From the human T2T-CHM13v2.0 reference genome, Homo sapiens, in assembly GCF_009914755.1 (NCBI RefSeq), contig NC_060931.1: a stretch of DNA of 64,000 nucleotides; one strand, given 5' to 3'. Shown here piece after piece: positions 52,361-64,000 of this stretch (within the stretch, counting starts at the first letter, position 1; every line of letters begins with the position of its first letter). Below the pieces are notes generated by a model. That model was not told the DNA's origin, did no database searches, and was given only the letters and a program-made list of their open reading frames with translations. The position numbers and the translations under genes were made by a program.

Positions 52361-53789
52361 TGCTTCATTTTTGATAATATTAAATAAAGGTCTAACACCT
52401 AGTGGTCAAGTTTGAGGTTGACATGGAGGAGAATAAGACAGTCATATTTAGGCTGAAATGATTTTAAAGACAATGAACTCTCTAATGTACATGGATATAC
52501 ATTTGGGATTCCTATTCAGGGCTGGAATTCAAAGCATTCTAAACATGTTAACAACAGCATTTATTTATAGTTCTAGTGGCTTGCGATCCATCAAATGGCA
52601 CAATTGCTACTGGCCTCAGGGTTGACGGTCTTCCTGGCAGTGGTCCCACAGATTGCACCAGTGTAATTTCAAGGCCTTGATTTGCCAATGATCTTATCAT
52701 TGTAATGATCCCTATATTCTCTTTAGCTTTCTCATTTTATAAGACTGACATTAGAAAGCAGGTTCATATTAACATCATAGCTTGACCAGGTCTTAACAGA
52801 CAGGATGACTAAACTACCAGTCTACTTGAATTTGTTTTTTCAGAGGTCTATATTTAAGCTTTTTTCCAAAAGATTAATGTTGGTTAGCATGAGAATAGAA
52901 GACAGTGAAAGCAGATGAACTTTCAAGGAATAAAAAGAATTCATGAGACCTAGGTTAATTCTAGAACTTTGAAGATTAGATTTATTCATCTAGTTGGTCT
53001 GAAATCTAAGTGATTTTTTTTCTTTTTTTCCTCAGAGATAATATTCCCAAATAAGATTTTTAAGTTCATTCTAAAGCAGCTAAAATTCTTGAGTAGCTAT
53101 CTACTTATTTGGACTAATTTAATTTTATCCCAGTGATATTAAATATATACACAGATACACATATACTTAAATATATGAATTAATATTTTCAATAAAGCAA
53201 CATTTTAGAAGTTAAATAGACTGGAATCAATCAGCTTAATAATGCATAACACCGAAAGAAAGTAAGAAAGGAACAAAATAAAAAAACATTAGGGGAAAAG
53301 CAGGTAAGTTAGGAGAGGGATACATGATTCTACATTTCCTTGTTAAGGAGGAGCTAATTGATTTCACAAGAGCCAGCTGGGGTTTTAAATGCTCACTCTT
53401 TTTTTCTGGTCAATATTAATAACAATAAAATCAATGCCTAATATGATATTAGCCATTAAATGGTTATTCCACGTTCATATTTGGGCTTTCACAAAGTCAC
53501 TGAAGTTTTTTTTCTTTTTTTCTGAGAATCTGTGGATAGTCCAGTCGGTACAGTAGATAATTGAAATAAAGTGTTCCCTGCATCCTTTGGCTCTGCGCTT
53601 CAGAACTGGGCCATGGGTTTTCTTTTAAGAGGCGTAATGTTGTGCTGGAAACCACATCAGCTTTGACAATTGAGTTCTTATTTTCACTTCACTATACACC
53701 AACTTTATGAGCCCTCATGGTGCTTAAAGTTTATTAGGAAAGAAAGAAACAAAAGCTTCAGGGGCCAATAATTAGCTAATTTCATTGTG

Positions 53790-54125
53790 ATTTCATGCTA
53801 CGATGCTTTTGGCTCTTCAAATGTGTCCTCTTGCCCCACCAGGAACCTGGAATAACATGAGCATTCCTCTTCCCCTTAGCTTACCTAATTTGTTCCTGTT
53901 CTTCAGGTCTCAGTTTAATATCATGTATTCTCTTACTTCCCTAATCTTTTCAACAGATTTGGTGCCCTTAGTGTGCCTTTATCATCAGTACTTTCTCATT
54001 ATAGCACTTATCATACTTTATTATAATTACCAACTTAATTTTCTTTTCCACCTTATTTCTATTTGAATCTACCACATTTCTTGGCATATAATACTAGCAC
54101 AATAATATTAGTAGACAATGGATAA
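53790..54125 (+). mobile_element. L2 3' fragment
   Basis: ttcttcaggtctcagtttaatatc...catagcacttatcatac. Confidence 0.55.
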
Positions 54126-55817
54126 ATAATTGAGGGTTACATTTAATTGTGTCTGGACTATAGTAAGAATCCAATGCCTAATAACTGTGATCACTATCTC
54201 AAACTATACCTCTTTCTAATTTCTAAAACAAAAGAATTTTAATAGTATAGAAAATGCTGATAGTCATTTAATATTTTCCGACTTCAATTAATTAAAGTCT
54301 TTCATAGAAAAGGATGTGGTGTTATAAGCTTTCATCCAAGACATTTAATTCAAGTTTTAACATATTTCTAATGTATGACTAAGCATATTAATTGAATAGC
54401 GTTAAATAACAGTAAAGGTTAAAGATTAGAGGATGTTCTAAATGAAAGATGAGCAGTTCGCTGCTGTATATGCATATAGGCAAAGAACAGCTGGGACTTC
54501 TCTTAGGATAAAGAAATATGCTCAAAACTGTACAAATAAAATGCAGATCTTTACCACATATTGTATTGAATGTCAATTTACAAATGGACTAATCTGTGGA
54601 GAAATATAACATTTGTAGTTAATATGAATAAAAGTAATGTTAGACAATTTAAAGCAGGTAATTTGTTTCACTTATACATTGCTAAGTATATAGTGTGATT
54701 TTCCCTGAACACAGAATTATATCACATAGAGTTTTTCTTTTTCTTTTAGAATCATAATGTCTTAGTCAAAATCTCATATAAGCTCTAGCTTTTTCTGTCA
54801 TTCAAATATTCCCACATTGACTCCCTTAAATTATGTGGAAGTTTCCTTCTCCCCAGCTCACATGTGTCAATGAATTTATCTAAAGATCTTACTGGCTTAG
54901 GACTTCAAGAACAAATATCAGTAAGAACCTTTTTAAATAAAAAGTTTTGAAATAACACATTTTCCTGATTTTAAAAGTAATGCAAACTAATTTCAGAAAA
55001 TCTGAGAAAATTAAAATAATGTAAAAATTATATTATCCTGTTTTAGAGATAATTGCTTTTCTTTTTATGTACTTCAAGAATGTATATATTTTAAAAGAAA
55101 ATCATAAAGATAACCCGTATAGTTTTATAGCAGGATTTCCTCATGTAATTTCATGTCATAAACATTTTCAAATGATATTAAAATTATTTAACCTCAGATT
55201 TTTAATGGCTATGCCATGAGTAATTTAATAATACCCCTAAATTTGGACATTTTCATTATTTATCCTTATGCAATGAAGATATTTGTATATAATTTGTTTT
55301 CTGTACTTAGCAATTTGTAATAGGTGTTTTCTATAATGATTATGAAATTAAAACACATATACCTCTAATAGGATATTTCTACTATTTAGATACTATTAAA
55401 TGGTATAAAAACATGTTTAAAAGAATATTCAAATTACAAATGAAATTTTTCTTTTATCAGAAATATCTTTGCCAAATTTTATAATAGAGAAAGTAATATT
55501 GAGGCATAATTATCTTCTTTAATATTATATGAGTGAATGGGGATATGCAATTAGTTACAAGACCACAAACATTAAACAACAGAAAGTTATCAGCTAAACC
55601 TAAAAACAAGTGTGAATTTGTCAATATGAAGGTAGATAAAAGGGAAATGTGTGGGCTATATTGAGGACCTGAAAGAGGGACTAGGCACTATTAAACCTGA
55701 TGGGAAGCTTAAGTGAAGAAAGCCCTTAGAGATTATGCCAGGAAAGAATGAGGTCTCCTTTGTAAAATAAGTGAAACAATGGGACACATTTTTTTCAGTT
55801 CCACAAGTAGGTTTCTA

Positions 55818-56253
<436 letters not shown>

Positions 56254-57810
56254 TTAGCACATAGTAGATCTCCAATACATTTATGTGAATGGTTCTATGT
56301 AAAAGCAAACACCACACTGATTAATCACTAATTAAAAGCAAAAAGCAAAAAGCAAAAGCCAAAAGTCCTCTTATACAAGATTCTGCAGCCAAAGAGCAAG
56401 GACAGCAGAGGACCAGGCTCAGAATCTAATCATAAAAGCAGCAGATTTCAAAGAATTCTGATTTATTCCATGATCAGAACCCTGATAGTTGTTATAATGA
56501 TACATGAATATCTGGAGCAATGCAATTTAAAAGTTTGAACTTCTAGATTTCTAGATTTTCTCTGGGCCTGCAGAAGTTGTTCACTTCCTCTTTTCACAAG
56601 ATAGTATCTTCTACCCACTTGAAGTCATACAGAGGCTGACAAAGGGTAGATTTCTTATAGGATAATTCTTGTTCTTCAGGGATTACTCTCATCACTCCCT
56701 CTGACAACCAGACAAATACTGAATGTCAAATACCAGCACAACTGGGACAAAGATGCTATGGGATTTCTAAGAGAGAAGAAGGGCTATCATTGAAGTTACT
56801 GAAGGATCTGCAGGTGCAGGAAGAGTACACAGAGTATGTAGCCTAAGGGGCTCTGACAAAGGGTGAAAGAATATACATTTGGATACAGTAGCTAATGGAT
56901 ATGGAAGCACTCTACTATGATATTAAGATTTAAAATCCTGGCACATACCCTAGATGATGTTAACAGCTGCTAGGATGGTACCTGGAAAATTTATGGCTCA
57001 CATTGAGTGAGGTAGAAATTCCAGAACTGCCACAGAAGATGAAGGAAGAAGGGAACAAAGGACTCAGTGTATTGAGCATGCCTGAGAAAATATATATGGA
57101 AAGCTAGAAATCCCGCAAGATAAATATAATCCAAAGGATGGACCACTGGACACTCCATTTACCAAAATATAAAGAGTGTGTTGTGGAGAAGGACATCAGT
57201 ATTGTTGAGAAGCTCAGTGGTAACTGTCTTCTGAAGGCCAGCTGGTAGGAGATCACATTACAGAACAGGGATTCTTGAATAAAAATGGGAACGATAGAAT
57301 CTCTAAATAATAGATACCAAGAGGTGATATTTCATTGACAGAAGAAACATAGATGTAGATTTCGCAATGAGAAGGAAGACAGGAGTGGCAAACATGGAGT
57401 CTAAAATTTAGAAAACAGTAGAATAATAAATAGAGTATGGAGTTCCTATAGGCAAGACAGATGGACAGCTACCAAGGATTTTGATTAATTTATACAACCA
57501 AAACCAATCAAGAATGGATAATCAGGAGGTTAAGGCCAGGCACCCTTCTTCTTCCTCCACAACTCTCTATCTTTTGCCCAGTTTCTAGACCTGCATTGAT
57601 TCTCAGACTTTTAATTGAAGATGACTGATAAAGTAGATAACAGATCTTTCAGGGAAAGAACCTAATAATACCAGGAACATATGAAGTTGTAATTTTCCCA
57701 GTCCTTTTCCAACAGGACCTGAGACTCTTTACTCAAGTGACTATGTACTAGGTAAGAGGAACATCCAGAACTTCTGAGGTTTGCTTGATTCAGAATCCAA
57801 ACTCAAATTA

Positions 57811-58111
57811 GGCCAGGTATGGTGGCTGACGCCTGTAATCCCAGCACTTTGGGGAAGGTGGGAGGATGCTTTGAGACCAAGAGTTTGAGACTAGCCTGGG
57901 GAACAGAGTGAGACCTCGTCTCCACAAAAATACAAAAATTAGCCAGATGTGGTGGTGTGCGCCTGCAGTTCCAGCTACTTAGGAGGTTAAGGTGGGAGGA
58001 TCACTTAAGCCCAGGAGGTTGAGGCTACAATGAGCCAAGGTCACGCCACTGCACTCCAGCCTGGGGAACAGAGCAAGACCCTATCTCCAAACAGAATGAA
58101 ACAAAACAAAA
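57811..58111 (+). mobile_element. Alu SINE (AluJ) inside ERV-L
   Basis: Alu dimer with small left-arm deletion; flanks actcaaatt/actgaaatt. Confidence 0.93.
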
Positions 58112-58388
58112 ATACTGAAATTCATCCTTTGATATCCAAACTGATTCCATAGTCCTAATAGAATGAAGGCATATGGGAGCCAGATAGTAAGTAGAGTTTT
58201 GGCTGGCATTTGGCTCACGGTGTAATCACTGGGTCCACAGACCAACCAGATGGTGTTTTCCAAGATCTTCCAAGGTATTACTGGATTATACATCCTTGGT
58301 AGTTGGCAGATCCCCCACACTGGTTTTTTGTTCTATATGTAACAGCCATCAACTGTCGCTTCACCCACAACTTTATTCATTTTTCATC

Positions 58389-58685
58389 ATTTTTTTTTTT
58401 AGACAAGGTTTCACTCTGTCTCCCAGGTTGGAGTACAATGACATGTTCATGGCCCACTGCAGCCTCCACCTCCCTGGGCTCAGGTGATCCTCCCACCTCA
58501 GTCTCCTGAATAGCTGGGATGACCGGTGCATGCCACCATGCCTGGCGAACTTCTTTTGTGTTTTTTGTAGAGACAGAGTTTTGCCACATTGCCCAGGCTG
58601 GTTTCAAACTCCCGGGCTCAAGTGATGTGCCCACCTTGGCCTTCTAAAGTTGTAGAATTAAAGTCATGAGCCTCCATGCCTGGTC
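58389..58685 (-). mobile_element. Alu SINE (AluJ)
   Basis: Antisense Alu, gcagcctccacctccctgggctcaggtgatcctccc; flanks tcattttt. Confidence 0.93.
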
Positions 58686-59221
58686 ATTTTTTTAATCTTT
58701 ATTGATTTTCCTAACATTTATATTGTCAGAAACAATTTTTTACAATGTTTCCGTATTTTTGGTGTAATATCAAAATACTTCTATAGTAAATCATTTGGGT
58801 TAAGCCATTTTCTTCTTAAAGAAGGCGGGGGAGGTGGTCTCTGGAATATTCCTATTTATGACACTAGTCTAGCAACTATAAAAATATGGATAGATAATGG
58901 TATATGACAGTGGATAACTGTAAACTTATCCAGACAGTAACACCAATTGCTGTTGCTGCACCAGCTATGTTATTTTTTTTTCTGAAGCAGATTAACACAG
59001 CCTTCAGTGTGAGATATAAAGCCATCAAAATGAAAATGCATTTATTTCCAGCCATTTCAAAAAGAAAAATCAGAATCAGTTTAGATCCACATGGAACAAA
59101 AAGAATACACTTATAGAGTTTTAACTTGAGTTCTGTTAACTCTCTTGACCCCTATTATAATGCAGTATAGAGACCTGAAACATTGACACAGTATGTGGAA
59201 CGCCACACTGGTCCATTATAT

Positions 59222-60217
59222 CAGCAGTTCTGCAAATGTGGTCTTTGAATCTTGAAGGTCCCTGAAACACTTTCAAGAGATTAATGAGGTCAAAATTATT
59301 TTTATACGCATTGTGTTAACATTTGCACTGATGAGGCAAAACAATGTTGTATAAAATTGCTGGATCTCTAGCATGAAACAAGTAGCACCTAACTATACTT
59401 GTTATTAATGCCTTGTTCGTTGCTATGAATTACAGTTTTTAAACAAAGCTTTAAAATGTCCTTGATGAAGCAGTAAAAATTTTATTAAATATTTACTCTT
59501 GAGTACAATTTTTTAGTATTGTTTGTGGTGAAATGGGGAATATGCATAAAGCAATTGTGCTGCATAACAAACTGTGATACTTGTTTAAAGAAAAACACTT
59601 GTGTGATTGAGAACAAAATCAGCCACTTTGTTCATGGAACACCTTCAAAGGTACTGATGGTAAAATTATGGTTATTCAGACTTGGGTATCTTGGGGTAGT
59701 TGGCAGATATTTTCTTAAAAATGGAAGGAGTTTTTCAGTTTGATGGAAAACAACTGACAGTATTTGTTCCCAATAATAAAATTCAATGTTCCAAGTGAAA
59801 ATTAGGAATTTAGAAACTTTTTGTATTTACTAGTCTTAGCTTGAAATCAACAAGTATGATTTTTGATATTGTATAATAATCTGTGTCAATATTTGAAAGC
59901 CTGCATAACAGAACTGATATTATTTTCAAATGATTAATTCATGGTATTAAAAATCACTCATAGTTAAGAAATCCATTCAAAGTTCAAGACATACCTGTAG
60001 ATTTTAATGCAAAAGAGTACAAAAAATTGATTGATGTTTCTATATTTCACATTGCAAGTAACCTTTAAGAAACTACTACTTGTTGAATTTTGATATAATG
60101 CCAAAGAATAATATCCAAAAGTATTTGAACAGATTATTAACATATCACTCTTTTTCCCAACTACATATCTGTGTGAGGCTTGATTTTCTTCATAGACTTC
60201 AATTAAAACAACATATT
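59222..60217 (+). mobile_element. Charlie1-type hAT DNA transposon, interrupted by L1
   Basis: TIR-like start cagcagttctgcaaatgtggtc, gaggtcaaaattatttt, and near-3' ctacatatctgtgtgaggcttgattttcttcatagacttcaa. Confidence 0.78.
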
Positions 60218-61133
60218 GGGGGGAGGAGCCAAGATGGCCGAATAGGAACAGCTCAGGTCTACAGCTCCCAGCCTGAGCGACGCAGAAGACGGGTGATTTC
60301 TGCATTTCCATCTGAGGTACCGGGTTCATCTCACTAGGGAGCGCCAGACAGTGGGCGCAGGTCAGTGGGTGCGCGCACAGTGCGCGAGCCGAAGCAGGGC
60401 GAGGCATTGCCTCACTCGGGAAGCGCAAGGGGTCAGGGAGTTCCCTTTCCTAATCAAAGAAAGGGGTGACAGACGGCACCTGGAAAATCGGGAAAATCGG
60501 GTCACTCCCACCCGAATACTGCGCTTTTCCGACGGGCTTAAAAAACAGCGCACCACGAGATTATATCCGCACCTGGCTCGGAGGGTCCTACGCCCACGGA
60601 GTCTCGCTGATTGCTAGCACAGCAGTCTGAGATCAAACTGCAAGGCGGCAGCGAGGCTGGGGGAGGGGCGCCCGCCATTGCCCAGGCTTGATTAGGTAAA
60701 CAAAGCAGCCTGGAAGCTCCAACTGGGTGGAGCCCACCACAGCTCAAGGAGGCCTGCCTGCCTCTGTAGGCTCCACCTCTGGGGGCAGGGCACAGACAAA
60801 CAAAAAGACAGCAGTAACCTCTGCAGACTTAAATGCCCCTGTCTGACAGCTTTGAAGAGAGCAGTGGTTCTCCCAGTGCGCAGCCAGAGATCTGAGAACG
60901 GGCAGACTGCCTCCTCAAGTGGGTCCCTCACCCCTGACCCCCGAGGAGTTTAACTGCGAGGCACCCTCCAGCAGGGGCACACTGACACCTCACACTGCAG
61001 GGTACTCCAACAGACCTGCAGCTGAGGGTCCTGTCTGTTAGAAGGAAAACTAACAAACAGAAAGGACATCCACACCAAAAACTCATCTGTACATCACCAT
61101 CATCAAAGACCAAAAGTAGATAAAACCACAAAG

Positions 61134-62150
61134 ATGGGGAAAAAACAGAACAGAAAAACTGGAAACTCTAAAAATCAGAGCTCCTCTCCTCCTCCAAAGG
61201 AACGCAGCTCCTCACCAGCAACGGAACAAAGCTGGACAGAGAATGACTTTGACGAGCTGAGAGAACAAGGCTTCAGATGATCAAATTACTCTGAGCTACG
61301 GGAGGACATTCAAACCAAAGGCAAAGAAGTTGAAAACTTTGAAAAAAATTTAGAAGAATGTATAACTAGAATAACCAATACAGAGAAGTGCTTAAAGGAG
61401 TTGATGGAGCTGAAAACCAAGGCTCGAGAACTACGTGAAGAATGCAGAAGGCTCAGGAGCCGATGTGATCAACTGGAAGAAAGGGTATCAGCAATGGAAG
61501 ATGAAATGAATGAAATGAAGCGAGAAGGAAAGTTTAGAGAAAAAAGAATAAAAAGAAATGAGCAAAGCCTCCAAGAACTACGGGACTATGTGAAAAGACC
61601 AAATCTACGTCTGACTGGTGTACCTGAAAGTGATGGGGAGAATGGAACCAAGTTGGAAAACACTCTGCAGGATATTATCCAGGAGAATTTCCCCAATCTA
61701 GCAAGGCAGGCCAACGTTCAGATTCAGGAAATACAGAGAACGCCACAAAGATACTCCTCGAGAAGAGCAACTCCAAGACACATAATTGTCAGATTCACCA
61801 AAGATGAAATGAAGGAAAAAATGTTAAGGGCAGCCAGAGAGAAAGGTCGGGTTCCCCTCAAAGGGAAGCCCATCAGACTAACAGCGGATCTCTCGGCAGA
61901 AACCCTACAAGCCAGAAGAGAGTGGGGGCCAATATTCAACATTCTTAAAGAAAAGAATTTTCAACCCAGAATTTCATATGCAGCCAAACTAAGCTTCAAA
62001 AGTGAAGGAGAAATAAAATACTTTACAGACAAGCAAATGCTGAGAGATTTTGTCACCACCAGGCCTGCCCTAAAAGAGCTCCTGAAGGAAGCGCTAAACA
62101 TGGAAAGGAACAACCGGTACCAGCCGCTGCAAAATCATGCCAAAATGTAA
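61134..62150 (+). pseudogene. L1 ORF1p with one premature stop
   Basis: ATG at 61134, CGA>TGA at 61278-61280, native stop at 62150 (NHAKM*). Confidence 0.9.
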
Positions 62151-62186
62151 AGACCATCGAGACTAGGAAGAAACTGCATCAACTAA

Positions 62187-64000
<1,814 letters not shown>

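Larger units (their letters stand above)
56370..59221 (+). mobile_element. Decayed ERV-L (class III ERV) internal gag-pro-pol segment
   Basis: Protease-like text (ttgcttgattcagaatcc, resembling LLDTGS; [12 protein letters not shown]; SWQIPHTG) and RT N-terminus MTVDNCKLIQTVTPIAVAAP..QINTA, resembling ERV-L MTVDYRKLNQVVTPIAAAVP..QINT; ends at TLVHY(I); 5' boundary approximate. Confidence 0.8.

Noticed and set aside
58331-58792. Possible unknown insertion in ERV-L flanked by ttctatatgtaa/ttctatagtaaa
   Set aside because: The flanks are imperfect and AT-rich, and I cannot assign the inner sequence

Overview
AT-rich, gene-poor primate (great-ape-type) genomic DNA dominated by interspersed repeats. 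I recognise no host protein-coding exon, structural RNA gene or prokaryotic feature, and most ORF-track entries derive from Alu or L1. The window holds two young L1PA2-like LINE-1s on the + strand: 25840-32006 (full length with TSDs, coding-dead) and 60218 to the window end (ORF2 open so far). It also holds two older twin-primed, 5'-inverted L1s, 12 Alus, several MaLR LTRs (THE1, MLT1), a decayed ERV-L gag-pro-pol segment interrupted by a Charlie1-type hAT transposon, L2/MIR relics and microsatellites. The most unusual feature is in the 5'UTR of the first young L1: a 133-nt antisense copy of L1 ORF1 joined by microhomologies and apparently copied from a different L1. The element's sense RNA should therefore fold into a long hairpin. 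The same element has a mutated YY1 site and an intact ORF0. The two young L1s share many variants that differ from the human L1HS/L1PA2 consensus as I recall it, suggesting a lineage-specific subfamily, possibly from a non-human African ape. Subfamily calls rest on remembered diagnostic positions, not on a RepeatMasker run.
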